Shown here one piece after another: positions 50,901 to 61,110 of a stretch of 64,000 bases of DNA (within the stretch, counting starts at the first letter, position 1; every line of letters starts with the position of its first letter). The notes beneath the pieces are model-generated. The model saw only the letters and a list, made by a program, of their open reading frames with translations, did not search any database and was not told the DNA's origin. Origin of the DNA: Thermoanaerobaculia bacterium (lineage in GTDB: Bacteria; Acidobacteriota; Thermoanaerobaculia; UBA5066); assembly GCA_963719225.1 (NCBI GenBank), contig CAVRAY010000001.1:416001-480000 (forward strand), given 5' to 3'. The translations under genes and the position numbers were made by a program.

Positions 50901-53900
50901 CGGTAAGGTCCCGGTACGTGAGCGTCACCTCACCCGCCACGACGGCGACGGCGTCGGGCGTCGACGCGGCCTGCTTCTCGATGAGGGCGTGGATCGTGTA
51001 CGGAGGAGGCCAGCCCACGGCGGTGTCGTTGCAGGCGCCGAGGATGCGTTCCTTCTCGGGCGCGGACAGGAGCGGCAGCTCGTCGACGCGGGCCTCCGGG
51101 TCCGCCGCGATCCCCTCGAGCAGAGTCTCGAAATGTCCGAGCCAGCGGTGGATCGTGTCCCTTGAGAAGAGCTCGGTCTTGAAGTCGCAATCCAGGACGA
51201 GACCCGCGGGCCCTTCGATGACGTTCAGGAAGATGTCGGAGTTCGCGTACTTCTTCCCGTTCGGATCGACCGAGACCCTGAGGCCGGGGAGGGCGAAGTC
51301 GTCGCCGACCTTCTCGACGTTGAACTGGACTTCCATGAGCGGCAGCCGGCTCGGGTCGCGCGGGAGCGCCAGCTTTCTCACGAGCGTTCCGTACGTGTAG
51401 TTCTGGTGCTCGTAGGCGTCGAGGACGCGGGTCCTCGTGGCCTTGAGGAAGTCCTTGACGGTGGAGCCTTCCTCGAGCAGCGACCGGACGGGCAGGAAGT
51501 TCACGCAATGCCCCACGACGTCCTCGCGTCCCCAGGACGACTGGCCGGCCGCCGGAACCCCGACGACGACGTCGTCCTGGCCGCTGAGCCGGTGGAGAAG
51601 GACGTCGAACGCCGCGAGGAGGGTCGCGAAGAGCGTGCAGCCCTGGCGGGCGCCGGCCTTGCGCACGGCGTCGACGAGCGGCCTGGAAACGGTCCGGCGC
51701 TCGGTCGCTCCCGCATACGTCAGGACGGACGGACGCAGGCCCTCCGTCGGAAGCTCGAGGAATCCCGGAGGCTGTTCGTATTGCGAAATCCAGTACGCCT
51801 CGGTCGCCGATCCTTCCACGGAGCGGCGCGTCTCCTCCTCCCAGCGCGAGTAGTCGGCGTACTGCGCGGCCGGGGGAAGCGCCGCCGCGTCGCCCGAGGC
51901 CGCGTAGAGCGGCCCCAGCTCGGAGAGGAGGACGTTCGTCGACCAGCCGTCGCAGACGAGGTGATGAGCGGTCAGGAGAAGGACGTGGTCCTCGGGCTCG
52001 AGCCGGACGAGCCGGAACCGGACCGTGGGGCCGTTCACGAGGTCGAGCGGTGACTCGCCTTCGCCGTCGACCATCGCGGCCAGGTTCCGGTCCCGCTCCT
52101 CCCGCGGAAGAGAGGACAAGTCCATGATCGGAACCTCGACGGTGACGTGCGGCGCGACGCGCTGGACGTCTCCTTCGGGAGCGAACGTCGCCCGGAGCGC
52201 GTCGTGCCGGTCGACGAGCGCCTGGATCGCCCGGGTGAGCCGTGCCTCGTCGAGCGGGCCTTCGAACCGGATGCTGACGGACTCGTTGAACGCGCACGAC
52301 GCGTCGTCGCCCATGCGCGTCGCGAGCCACACCTCGCGTTGCGCCTCGGTGAGCGGCACGACGACCGGCTCGAGGGCCTCGCCCCCCGACGCGGCGGCGT
52401 GCGACGGAGGTGGCGCGAAGAGTCCGCCCTCCTGCATCGCGGCGATGCTCTTTTCGTACGCGTCGAGGACGAAGTCGAGGTCCTCCTCCGTGTGCGCCGT
52501 CGTCATGAAGCACGGGAAACCCTCGAGGACGTGGACGCCGTTCGCTCGCAAATGCGCGAAGAAGAGGCTTGCGAAGCGCTCCTCGGGCGGGAACTTGTAG
52601 TACATGACCGAGCCGAACCGCTGGACGTGCGTCGAAAGGCCGGCCCTTTCGAAGATCCCGTTCAACCGTGACGTGAAACGCGCCGTCTTGGCGTTGAGGG
52701 TTTCCTGGAGAGCGGGTCCCTGCTCCTTGAGGTGCTTGAGGACGGCGACGCAGGCCGCCATCGCGATGGGATGGCGGACGAACGTGCCCGCGAAGAACGT
52801 GACGCCCTTCTCCGGGATCGAGTCGTCGCCGTAGCGCCAGGTTCCGCCGTCGAGGGCGTCCATGTAAGTCGCGCTCCCGGCGACGGCACCGATCGGCATT
52901 CCGCCGCCGATCACCTTTCCGTACGACGCGAGGTCCGCCTTCACGCCGAACACGGCCTGGGCGCCGCCCGGATGCACGCGGAAGCCGCAGATGACCTCGT
53001 CGAAGATGAGCGCCGTGTCGTGGGCCGACGTCAGCCGTCGCACGGCGTGCAGGAACTCGCGCGGCTGGAGGTCCGGGTGCCGGCTCTGGACGGGCTCGAC
53101 GAGGACGGCCGCGAGATTCGCCATCTCGGCCTCGAGGATCCGGAGCGACTCGTCGGTGCCGTAATCGAGGACGAGGAGGTTCTCGACCTTCTCCTCGGGA
53201 ATTCCGGGCGCGATCGGGAGGGAACGCGGCTGCCCCTTCACCTTCGCCGCGCGCACGAGGACCTCGTCGAACGTGCCGTGGTACGAGCCCGAGAAGAGCG
53301 CGATCTTCTTGCGCCCCGTGACGGTGCGCGCGAGCCGCATCGCGGTCATCACGGCCTCGGAGCCGGTATTGCAGAACGTCGCGCGCTCCATTCCCGTGAA
53401 CTCGCAGATGAGCGACGCCGCGAGCAATGCGTCGGGAGACTGCGGCCCGATCTCGACGCCCTTCCTGAGCTGCTCGACGACCGCGTCGGTCACGAACGCG
53501 GGCGAGTGGCCGAACATGTTCAGGCCGAACCCCATGAGCATGTCGACGTACTCGTTGCCGTCGACGTCCCGGATCCTCGAGCCCGAGGAGCTCACGGCGA
53601 CGATGGGATAGACGACTTCCTTCCAGAGAAGCTTGAAGCCGGCGGCGACGCGCGGGTCGGCGAACCGGTCGCGCGTCTCGTCCGTCATCCGCTTGGAGCC
53701 CTTCGTCTTCGCCGTGTAGCGCCGCGTGAAGTCCTGGAGCGCGCGATGCTGCCTCTCGGTCAGGCCGCTCCTCGCTCCGGGCGCAACGGGCTTGTAGGGA
53801 CCGAACGCTTCGAACTCCTTCTTCTTCGGCGGTGCGGCCGCGGGTGCGGGAGCGAGAGGGACCGCGGCCGGGGCTGCGGGGGGTATCGTCTCGGGAGCCG

Positions 53901-56900
53901 CCGGAGGAGCCTCGGGGACGACCTGCCCGTCGATCCACTCCGCGAGAGAGCCCGGCGTCGCGCTCTCGTCCAGGAGCTGCCGGAAGGAGATCTTGACGCC
54001 GAATTCCTTCTGCAGCTCCTGGCTGACCTGGGTGAGGACGAGAGAATCGAAGCCGAGCTCGAGGAAGTTCGCCGCCGGAGAGAGATCCGACTCGGGGAAG
54101 CCCGACTGCTCCGAAAGCGTGCGCAGGATCTCCCCGAGGATGCGCGCGCGCCGGTCGCCGGGCACCGGAACGGGAGGCGCGGGCGCGGGAAGCGCGTCCG
54201 GCGCGGAAACGGAGGTCGCGGCGCGCTCTTCCTTCGCGGCGACGGCGGTTGCCGCGCCGCGCGGCGCATTTGCGCCCGCGTCGAGCCAGTACTTCTTCCG
54301 CTCGAAGGGATACGTCGGGAGCGCGACGAGGCGGCGGCGCTCCTCGGCCTGATGTCCTTGCCAATCCACCGCGACCCCTGACGCCCAGAGGCGCGCGAAC
54401 GTCTCGAGGAGGTGCGGAGCATCGGCGCCGGGGTCCTCCGGATGGCGGAGGGACGCGAAGGTGACGGCTCCCGCGGCGCGGGCCGCCGGCGCCTTTGCGA
54501 GCGTCGCGAGCGTCTGGCCGGGGCCGACCTCGAGGAGAACGGTGCTCGGATGCTCCGCGAGAAGCCTGGCGAGGGCGTCCGAGAAGCGCACTTTCTCCCG
54601 AGCATGGCGCGACCAGTAGGACTCGGCCGTCGCCTCGGCCTGGGTGATCCATTCCCCCGTCACGGTCGAGACCCATGGGATCCGCGGAGGGGAGAGACGA
54701 ACGCCGCGCACGTCGTTCGCGAGGCGCTCGAGAAGCGCGTCGAGCATCCGCGAATGGAAGGCGTGCGAGGTCGAGAGGCGCCGATGGGCGACGTCCACTC
54801 TGGCGAGACGTGCCTCGAGCGCCGCGATGTCGGCCGTCGCGCCGGAGACGACGACCATCGAGGGGCCGTTCACGGCCGCGACGTCGAGGGAGGAGCCGAT
54901 GTGGGGCGCGATCTCCGCCTCGGAGAGCCGCACGGCGAGCATCGAGCCTGCCGGCATCTCCTGCATGAGCGCGCCCCGCTTCGCGACGAGCCGGAGAGCA
55001 TCCTCGAGCGAAAGGACGCCGGCGCGGGTGGCCGCGACGAGCTCGCCCACGCTGTGGCCGAGCATCGCGTCCGGAACGACGCCCCAGGCGGCCCAGAGCT
55101 CCGCGAGCGCCCACGAGACGGAGAAGATCGCGGGTTGCGCGAGGCGCGTCTGATTCAGGGCTTCGGCTGCGCCGGCAGCGGTCGTGAAGATCGCCTCGCG
55201 AAGGTCGAGGCCGAGGACCGGCCGGACGATCTCCGCGCAACGATCGAACGCGCGATGGAAGACGGGCTCCGTGGCATGGAGGTCCGACGCCATGCCGGGG
55301 GTCTGCGCACCCTGGCCGGGGAAAAGAAACGTGACGTGCCGTCGCGCGGACACCGCCGAGGCGGTGGGAGGACGGCGGGCGCCCGCCGCTTCGAGCGCGG
55401 TACGGGCGGTCGCGAGGTCCGGCGCCGTGAATGCGCGGCGGCGATCGAACGCGCGGCGGCCCGACTGGAGCGTGCGCGCGACGTCGCCGGCGGAGGATTC
55501 CGGATGTGCTTCGAGGTGAGCCGCGAGGTTCCGGGTCGCGGCCTCGAGAGCGTCGTCCGTCCGTGCGGACAGGACGAAGACGTGCTGCGTTCGGGAGCCG
55601 GAAGAGGGCGCCGTCGGCGGCGCCTCTTCGAGCACCACGTGCGCGTTCGTCCCGCCGACGCCGAACGCGCTGACGCCGGCGAGGCGCGGAGCGTCGGAGG
55701 TCCAGGGGGCTCCGCGCGCGTTCACGAAGAACGGGCTCGCCGCGAAGTCGATGTGCGGGTTCGGCGTCGTGAAGTGGAGCGTGGGCGGGAGGACGCGGTC
55801 GCGCAGCGCGAAGACGGTCTTGATGAGCCCGGTGACGCCGGCGGCCGCGTCGAGGTGGCCCACGTTGGGTTTGACGGAGCCGAGCGCGCAGAACCCGCGG
55901 TCCTTCGTGCCCGCGCGGAACGCCTTCGTCAGGCCGCTGACCTCGATCGGGTCGCCGAGAGGCGTGGCGGTCCCGTGAGCCTCGACGTAGCCGACGGCGC
56001 GCGGGTCGACGCCGGCCATGGCCTGGGCGAGCGCGATGACCTCGGCCTGCCCGTCGACGCTCGGAGCCGTGTACGCGACCCTCTGCGAACCGTCGTTGTT
56101 CACGGCGAACCCACGGATCACGGCGAGGATGCGGTCGCCGTTCTCGAGGGCGTCGGAGAGACGCTTGAGGACGACGACGCCGGCCCCGCTGCCGAAGACG
56201 GTCCCGTCCGCCTTCGCGTCGAACGTGCGGCAGTGACCGTCCTGAGAGACCATCCCGCCCTCGAGATACAGGTAGCCCCGGGCCTGGGGGAAGCTGATCG
56301 AGACGCCGCCGGCGAGCGCGGCGTCGCACTCGTAGTGGAGGAGGCTGCGGCAGGCCATCGAGACCGCGACGAGGGACGTCGAGCACGCCGTCTGGACGTC
56401 GACGCTCGGGCCCCTCAGGTTCAGCTTGTAGGAGAGGCGCGTCGTGAGGAAGTGCCCGTCGTTCCCGAAGAGGACCGGGAACGCGCCCACCTGGAACTGC
56501 TCGACGACGTCGCGGAGGAAAGCGCGGTCGGGCGCGACCTGGGACGCGAGGTACGTGTTCACGCTCGAGCCCGCGTAGACGCCCACGAGCCCCGGGAACG
56601 TCGCGGGGTCGAGCGCCGCGTCCTCGAGCGCCTCGTGGCAGACCTCGAGGAAGACGCGGTGCTGCGGGTCCATGAGCTCGGCTTCCCGCGGGATCACGCC
56701 GAAGAAAGGCGCGTCGAAGAGGTCGGCGTCGTCGAGGATCGCCCGCGCCTTCACGTAACGCGGATCGCGGATCGTCTCCTCCGGGATGCCGGCGGCACGG
56801 AGCTCGTCGTCCGCGAGCGGCCGGATCGACTCGACGCCCCCGAGGACGTTCCGCCAGAGCTCCTCGGCGCTTCGGGCGCCCGGAAAGCGGCCCGCGAGCC

Positions 56901-56925
56901 CGACGATCGCGACGGCGTCAGCCAC
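47935..56925 (-). CDS. Hybrid PKS-NRPS: KS-AT-ACP-aminotransferase-C-A(Gly)-N-methyltransferase-T
   Basis: KS TACSTS/EAHGT/NVGH; AT GHSVG and HAFHS (malonyl type); ACP GFDSL; class III aminotransferase FDEVICGFR and YGKVIGGG; C HHLVCDG; A code DILQLGMIWK; MT VLEIGCGTG and INSVAQYFP; T LGADSL. Confidence 0.93.
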   Translation of the reverse strand: MADAVAIVGLAGRFPGARSAEELWRNVLGGVESIRPLADDELRAAGIPEETIRDPRYVKARAILDDADLFDAPFFGVIPREAELMDPQHRVFLEVCHEALEDAALDPATFPGLVGVYAGSSVNTYLASQVAPDRAFLRDVVEQFQVGAFPVLFGNDGHFLTTRLSYKLNLRGPSVDVQTACSTSLVAVSMACRSLLHYECDAALAGGVSISFPQARGYLYLEGGMVSQDGHCRTFDAKADGTVFGSGAGVVVLKRLSDALENGDRILAVIRGFAVNNDGSQRVAYTAPSVDGQAEVIALAQAMAGVDPRAVGYVEAHGTATPLGDPIEVSGLTKAFRAGTKDRGFCALGSVKPNVGHLDAAAGVTGLIKTVFALRDRVLPPTLHFTTPNPHIDFAASPFFVNARGAPWTSDAPRLAGVSAFGVGGTNAHVVLEEAPPTAPSSGSRTQHVFVLSARTDDALEAATRNLAAHLEAHPESSAGDVARTLQSGRRAFDRRRAFTAPDLATARTALEAAGARRPPTASAVSARRHVTFLFPGQGAQTPGMASDLHATEPVFHRAFDRCAEIVRPVLGLDLREAIFTTAAGAAEALNQTRLAQPAIFSVSWALAELWAAWGVVPDAMLGHSVGELVAATRAGVLSLEDALRLVAKRGALMQEMPAGSMLAVRLSEAEIAPHIGSSLDVAAVNGPSMVVVSGATADIAALEARLARVDVAHRRLSTSHAFHSRMLDALLERLANDVRGVRLSPPRIPWVSTVTGEWITQAEATAESYWSRHAREKVRFSDALARLLAEHPSTVLLEVGPGQTLATLAKAPAARAAGAVTFASLRHPEDPGADAPHLLETFARLWASGVAVDWQGHQAEERRRLVALPTYPFERKKYWLDAGANAPRGAATAVAAKEERAATSVSAPDALPAPAPPVPVPGDRRARILGEILRTLSEQSGFPESDLSPAANFLELGFDSLVLTQVSQELQKEFGVKISFRQLLDESATPGSLAEWIDGQVVPEAPPAAPETIPPAAPAAVPLAPAPAAAPPKKKEFEAFGPYKPVAPGARSGLTERQHRALQDFTRRYTAKTKGSKRMTDETRDRFADPRVAAGFKLLWKEVVYPIVAVSSSGSRIRDVDGNEYVDMLMGFGLNMFGHSPAFVTDAVVEQLRKGVEIGPQSPDALLAASLICEFTGMERATFCNTGSEAVMTAMRLARTVTGRKKIALFSGSYHGTFDEVLVRAAKVKGQPRSLPIAPGIPEEKVENLLVLDYGTDESLRILEAEMANLAAVLVEPVQSRHPDLQPREFLHAVRRLTSAHDTALIFDEVICGFRVHPGGAQAVFGVKADLASYGKVIGGGMPIGAVAGSATYMDALDGGTWRYGDDSIPEKGVTFFAGTFVRHPIAMAACVAVLKHLKEQGPALQETLNAKTARFTSRLNGIFERAGLSTHVQRFGSVMYYKFPPEERFASLFFAHLRANGVHVLEGFPCFMTTAHTEEDLDFVLDAYEKSIAAMQEGGLFAPPPSHAAASGGEALEPVVVPLTEAQREVWLATRMGDDASCAFNESVSIRFEGPLDEARLTRAIQALVDRHDALRATFAPEGDVQRVAPHVTVEVPIMDLSSLPREERDRNLAAMVDGEGESPLDLVNGPTVRFRLVRLEPEDHVLLLTAHHLVCDGWSTNVLLSELGPLYAASGDAAALPPAAQYADYSRWEEETRRSVEGSATEAYWISQYEQPPGFLELPTEGLRPSVLTYAGATERRTVSRPLVDAVRKAGARQGCTLFATLLAAFDVLLHRLSGQDDVVVGVPAAGQSSWGREDVVGHCVNFLPVRSLLEEGSTVKDFLKATRTRVLDAYEHQNYTYGTLVRKLALPRDPSRLPLMEVQFNVEKVGDDFALPGLRVSVDPNGKKYANSDIFLNVIEGPAGLVLDCDFKTELFSRDTIHRWLGHFETLLEGIAADPEARVDELPLLSAPEKERILGACNDTAVGWPPPYTIHALIEKQAASTPDAVAVVAGEVTLTYRDLTARAARLAGFLATRGAGPGSLVGLSVERSADMVVALLGILRTGAAYVPLDPAFPKERLALILEDAHPKLLVTQSSLEEDLPRHGAAVVRLDTDAALIDAASEAGPADVAPSDLAYVMFTSGSTGRPKGVAVPHGAVANFLRTMAKEPGFTARDGIVAVTTLSFDIAGLELYLPLIVGGRVILATREDASDGTRLLALLGRKDATVLQATPATWRLLLMAGWSGGKPLKMLCGGEALPRDLANDLLAREPELWNMYGPTETTIWSSVARVAPGPGAIPLGRPIANTQFYVVDARLHPVPVGVPGELVIGGAGVADGYWEREDLTRERFVPDPFSSVPRARLYRTGDLVRMRADDTLEFLGRTDHQVKVRGFRIELGEIDAALARHPDVGESATVVREDVPGQKRLVSYIVSKAGETAGDGSSAATAQWHAQWEVLFKTAIEGDGTKKTSLDAIDAVITGWTGSTAKEEVEEWIDASVTRIRELAPKRVLEIGCGTGQILTRLAPACDAYWGLDFSETAIAALEARLESEDASTRSRVRLLCRAADDLDGVPAGTFDTVVINSVAQYFPDADYLARVLDGAARAVADGGVVFVGDVQSFALLETFHASAQLARTEEGASAHELKRRVRERISLENELVVDPAFFLALVGKDPRLSRATFRVRRGRLWNETTQFHYDVTLHAGPVPTAAAPPRTLHWDSEVRTLEALAAVLDVSRGPVLVTGVPNARVAGPVRFARLLEAAPAEATASALKDALAAGDPGVDPEAVFALADSSRDVEALWPSSGDGSRFDVFALASGHDRRSPLPAAPSPGAGAAPPHANAPNRGFALRDLTPKLRAHLEDLVPDYMVPVAFVALPALPRTPNGKLDRRALPAPDPEASGTGRFVAPRTDAERTLAGIFGEVLRLEKVSVEDSVFDLGADSLLVFQITTRAHQAGVQVSPRQVFQLRTVAALAKAAGSPAKHAAHGPTLKAIPRQITRRPADAGTPPARAGT

Positions 56926-58828
56926 GGGAGCTCCTCGACCGTTGTTCCGAAAGCGCCTCGCGCTGCTTGCGGGCCCGGTCGGACACGCGGGGAGAAGCGG
57001 TCTCGGCCCCGGCCGGCCGGTTGAGCAGGAGTCCCAGGGCTTCGATCGTGGGGTGCTCGAAGAGCGCCGTGAGGGGAAGGTCGCAGGCGAACCGGCGACA
57101 CAGCTCCTCGTGCACCACGGCTGCGAGGATCGAGCTTCCGCCGAGGTCGAAGAAGTTGTCGCGTCGGCCGACGCGCGGAAGGCGCAGCGCGGCGGCCCAG
57201 ATCGCGGAAAGCCGCCGCTCCCACTCCGAGGCGGGTGCCACGAATTCCTCGGCCAGCCGGGGACGTTCCTCGGATGGGGCGGGCAGCGCGCCGCGATCGA
57301 TCTTCCCGTTCGCGGTCAGGGGAATCGCGGAAATCCGGACGAACGCCGAAGGGAGCATGTAGTCGGGCAGGCTGCGTGCGACGTGCGCGCGGATCTCGTC
57401 GTCCAGCGCCGGCGGGTCGGCCTCCGCGACGATCCAGGCCACGAGCCGCTTCTCGCCCGCGGGGCCGTCATCGGCGAAGACGGCGGCATCCCGGATCGAG
57501 GTGTGGCGGCGGAGCACGGTCTCGACCTCGCCGAGCTCCACGCGGAACCCGCGGATCTTCACCTGACCGTCCATGCGGCCGAGGTACTCGAGATCGCCGT
57601 CCGCGGCGCGCCGTCCGAGATCCCCCGAGCGGTAGACACGCCGGCCTTCGTGGACGAGAAAACGGGCTGCCGTGAGCTCCGGCCGGTCGAGGTAGCCACG
57701 CGCCACGCCGGCGCCCGCGACGACGATCTCGCCGGCGGTGCCGGGGGGCACCTGCCGGAGGTTCTCGTCGAGGAGGAGGACGTCGAGATCGGGGATCGGC
57801 ACCCCGATCGGGCTCACGCCCGCCTTTGCGAGGTCCGCAATCAGGAGGGGCCGGTACGTGACGTGTACGGTGGTCTCGGTGATGCCGTACATGTTCACGA
57901 GGCGCGGGCTTTCGTCGCCGAAACGTTCGAACCAGGGACGCAGTCCCTCGAGGTTCAGCGCCTCACCGCCGAAGACGACGACGCGAAGCGCGAGTCGCGA
58001 CGGATGCTCGACGGCAGTGCGGGCGAGCTGCCGGAACGCGGAGGGAGTCTGGTTCAGGACCGTGACGCCTTCGCGAAGGAGGAGCGCGTGGAATTCCCGA
58101 GGCGAGCGGCTCACACCGTAGGGGACGACGACGAGCCGGCCGCCGTAAAGGAGCGCTCCCCAGATCTCCCAGACGGAGAAGTCGAACGCGGGAGAGTGGA
58201 AGAGAGTCCAGACGTCCTCCTCGGAAAAGCGGAACCAGGGTTCCGTCTCGCGGAAGAGGCGCAGAACGTTTCCGTGCGTGACGAGAGTGCCTTTCGGCAC
58301 GCCCGTCGATCCGGACGTGTAGATCACGTACGCGAGGCTTTCGGCATCGGCCGTCACGCCAAGGGCCGTCTCCACCCCTTCGTCTTCTCCAGCTTCGACG
58401 TCGAGGACCACGAGGCCCGGTGAATCGGGCAGCCGCGAGGCGAGCGCATGGCTCGTGACGACGATCCGTGTGCCGGAGTCCGAGAGCATGAAGGCGAGGC
58501 GCTCTTCGGGAACGACGGGATCGAGAGGCACGTATGCGGCGCCGGCCTTGAGGATTCCGAGGATGCCGGCGACGAGATCGAGCGAACGATCGAGGAAGAC
58601 GCCGACGAAAGCGCCCGGCTCGACACCTTTGGCGAGGAGACGGCGGGCGATGCGGTTTGCCCGCGCGTCGAGCTCGCGGTACGTCAGCGAGTCCCCCCCG
58701 CAGACGACGGCGGTGGCGTCGGGCCTCGAACGCGCGCTCCGCTCGAAGGCCGTGGCGAGCCCGGCGTCCGGCTCCGCCGACCGTCCGCCGACGTTCCGGG
58801 ATGGGTCTTCTCGCAAAGGGGTACGCAT
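56918..58828 (-). CDS. NRPS loading module A(Thr)-T
   Basis: YTSGSTG.PKG, FDFSVWEIWG, TVLNQTPSAF, NMYGITETTVH give code DFWNVGMVHK; carrier FFDLGGSSI. Confidence 0.92.
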   Translation of the reverse strand: MRTPLREDPSRNVGGRSAEPDAGLATAFERSARSRPDATAVVCGGDSLTYRELDARANRIARRLLAKGVEPGAFVGVFLDRSLDLVAGILGILKAGAAYVPLDPVVPEERLAFMLSDSGTRIVVTSHALASRLPDSPGLVVLDVEAGEDEGVETALGVTADAESLAYVIYTSGSTGVPKGTLVTHGNVLRLFRETEPWFRFSEEDVWTLFHSPAFDFSVWEIWGALLYGGRLVVVPYGVSRSPREFHALLLREGVTVLNQTPSAFRQLARTAVEHPSRLALRVVVFGGEALNLEGLRPWFERFGDESPRLVNMYGITETTVHVTYRPLLIADLAKAGVSPIGVPIPDLDVLLLDENLRQVPPGTAGEIVVAGAGVARGYLDRPELTAARFLVHEGRRVYRSGDLGRRAADGDLEYLGRMDGQVKIRGFRVELGEVETVLRRHTSIRDAAVFADDGPAGEKRLVAWIVAEADPPALDDEIRAHVARSLPDYMLPSAFVRISAIPLTANGKIDRGALPAPSEERPRLAEEFVAPASEWERRLSAIWAAALRLPRVGRRDNFFDLGGSSILAAVVHEELCRRFACDLPLTALFEHPTIEALGLLLNRPAGAETASPRVSDRARKQREALSEQRSRSSRG

Positions 58829-58854
58829 CGGGTCTCCGTCTCTCGACTGCGCCG

Positions 58855-61110
58855 TCAGACGGCCTTGCCGGCAGGCGGCTCGACTTCTTGGGCCGGGACG
58901 GGCTGGGCAGCGGGGTAATAGGCGCCGCCGTACCGCTCGCGGTCCGAGGGATTGTGTTTTTCGTCGAGCGCGTTGATCAGGACGCCGAGCACCTTCACGT
59001 TGCTGTTCCTGAGCTCGGTCAAGGCGTGCAAAACCTGTTCGCGCGGTGTCTGACCCCCGCGGACGGTGAGGATCACGCCGTTCGTGAGATAGCCGAGGAC
59101 GATTGCGTCCGCGACGGCGAGGACCGGCGGCGCGTCGAGCACGACATAGTCGTAGCGGGCGACGGCGCCGTCGAGGAACCGGCGCATCTTGTCCGAGGCG
59201 AGGAGCCCGGAGGGATTCGGAGAGGGGGGGCCCGCGGGAAGGAGGCTCAGGCCGGGAACGGCGGTCTTCTGGACGGCGTGCACAGCATCGACGCGCCCGG
59301 CGAGGACCGAGACGAGTCCCTCGGCATTGGACACCTGGAAGACCTCGTGGAGACGGGAGCGATGCAGGTCCGCGTCGACGAGGAGGACGCTCTTCCCGAG
59401 CTGGGAGAGGACGACCGCGAGATTCGTCGCCGTCGTCGTCTTGCCCTCGAGGGGAACCGCGGACGTGACCACGAAGGAGCGGAGGAGATCCGCGCTCGAC
59501 AGGAGGAGCGACGTGCGGAAGGCCCGGTAGGCCTCGGAAACGGCCGAGCGCGCGACCTCGTGTGGGAGAAGCTCGATCGCCGGAAGGTCGGGTTTCGAGC
59601 CGGGGCGCCCCTTCCCCCAGCTTGCCGCCATGGACGCGGGAGAGGGCGCAGGCCCCGAGAGACTCTTCGCAGCCTTTTGCGTCGCCGGGATCACTCCGAG
59701 CACCGGGAGGCGGAGGTACTCGGCGACCTGCTCGGGGGTGCGGAGGCTGCGGTCGAGAGTTTCGAGCCCGAACGCGAACGCGAGCCCGAGCATCACCCCG
59801 CAGACGAGGCCGAGAACGCCGTACCTCCGGTAGGAAGGTCCCCAGCGCTGCCGGGGAGGTAGCGCGCTCTCCACGATGCGGATATTGGAGACGCGCTCTC
59901 CTTGCAGGCGCGCCGCGACCTGCGTCTCCGCGTCGCGCTTGAGAAGATTGTCGAGAAGTGCCCTCTGCGTCTCCGTCTCCACCCGGAGGTTGTTGTAGTC
60001 CATCGCGTCCGCGTTCTGAGCGATGGCGTCGGATCGCTGGGACTGCAGGGCGTCCCGCAGGTTCTGCTCGCGCCGAAGAGCGGCGAGGTAGTCGGCGCGG
60101 GCCGCGTCCCGGGACTTCTTGACCGTCTCCTGGGTGACGGCATCGAGGCTCTGGCGGCCCCGCTCGATCTGCGCCTTGAGCTGCTGCATCGCCGGCCAGT
60201 CGGGCTTGAAGAGGTTCAGCTTCTCGGCGTATTCACGCTCCAGCTTGGCCTGCTCGGCGCGCAGCTGGACGACGAGGCCGTTCGAAAGGGAATCCGCGAG
60301 CGCGTCCGCGTTTTCGTTCTTGAGCTCGTGGTCCTTGGCCTCCTTCGCCATGCGGTCCGCCGTGGCCGCGGCGAGGTCGCGGTTCAAGGCGTCGAGACGG
60401 GCGAGCGCGCTGTTGGACTGCGGGTCCCCGCTCAGGATGTCCTTCTTGCGTCCGAACGCGAGCAACCGCTGCTCCCGCGTGGCGAGGTTCCGCTTGGCCT
60501 CCTCGATCTGGGTCGCGAGGAAGCGGGAAGCCTGGCCGAGGAGGCGGAACTTCGTCTCGAGCTTCCAGTCGATGTACGACTCCGCGACCGCGTTCGCGAT
60601 CTCCGCGGCGTCCTTGGGCGACGTCGCGACGCAGGCCAGCTCGACGAGGGTCGTCCCCTGGATCTGTCGCGCTTCGAGCATGCCGCGCATGCGCCGGGCT
60701 CCGTCCGCAATCCGGGCCTTCTCCGGGGCGTCCGTGGTCTCCACGGCTGGCGGCTTTTCGGTACTGCCGGCCTGGAGGCGCCGCACGGCCCGTTCGAGGA
60801 CCTCACGATTCCGGATCAGGCGGGTCTCGGTCTCGAGAAAGAGCGCGTCGACGCCCGTTTCGCGCTGGGCGCCGAACCCCAGATCGAGGGGATTTCCCTG
60901 CTCCTTCTCGAGGTTGATGAGCGCCACCGCGCGGTAGGTCGGGGCTTCGCGGAAGGCGAGGGCCGCGGCGACGGCGAGCGAACCGAGGACGCAAGAAATG
61001 ATCAACCACCGCCGCCGCGAGACGACGCGGGTGTAATCGGACAGCCGGAACTCCCGCGGGGAGGGGGAGTCACCCGCCGTGACGTCGTCGTTCCCGAGAT
61101 TTTTGTCCGT
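58855..61110 (-). CDS. wzc: Wzc-like polysaccharide co-polymerase / BY-kinase (apparent ACG start)
   Basis: EFRLSDY.RV..RRRWLI and TM1, coiled coil, TM2, SEAYRAFRTSL, Walker A PLEGKTT, VDADL, VLDAPP, short Tyr tail (RYGGAYY). Confidence 0.88.
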   Translation of the reverse strand, partial: TDKNLGNDDVTAGDSPSPREFRLSDYTRVVSRRRWLIISCVLGSLAVAAALAFREAPTYRAVALINLEKEQGNPLDLGFGAQRETGVDALFLETETRLIRNREVLERAVRRLQAGSTEKPPAVETTDAPEKARIADGARRMRGMLEARQIQGTTLVELACVATSPKDAAEIANAVAESYIDWKLETKFRLLGQASRFLATQIEEAKRNLATREQRLLAFGRKKDILSGDPQSNSALARLDALNRDLAAATADRMAKEAKDHELKNENADALADSLSNGLVVQLRAEQAKLEREYAEKLNLFKPDWPAMQQLKAQIERGRQSLDAVTQETVKKSRDAARADYLAALRREQNLRDALQSQRSDAIAQNADAMDYNNLRVETETQRALLDNLLKRDAETQVAARLQGERVSNIRIVESALPPRQRWGPSYRRYGVLGLVCGVMLGLAFAFGLETLDRSLRTPEQVAEYLRLPVLGVIPATQKAAKSLSGPAPSPASMAASWGKGRPGSKPDLPAIELLPHEVARSAVSEAYRAFRTSLLLSSADLLRSFVVTSAVPLEGKTTTATNLAVVLSQLGKSVLLVDADLHRSRLHEVFQVSNAEGLVSVLAGRVDAVHAVQKTAVPGLSLLPAGPPSPNPSGLLASDKMRRFLDGAVARYDYVVLDAPPVLAVADAIVLGYLTNGVILTVRGGQTPREQVLHALTELRNSNVKVLGVLINALDEKHNPSDRERYGGAYYPAAQPVPAQEVEPPAGKAV

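Noticed and set aside
50930-56386. 1818-aa alternative-frame ORF, plus many other long Arg/Pro/Ala-rich ORFs (e.g. 32008..35016, 35503..38625, 45207..48659)
   Set aside because: Shadow ORFs caused by high GC and strong GC3 bias. They have no recognisable motifs and overlap well-supported genes.
47935-56925. Microcystin (McyE) or iturin-type cluster
   Set aside because: Only the KS-AT-ACP-aminotransferase-C layout is shared. The A-domain codes, small size and gene context differ.
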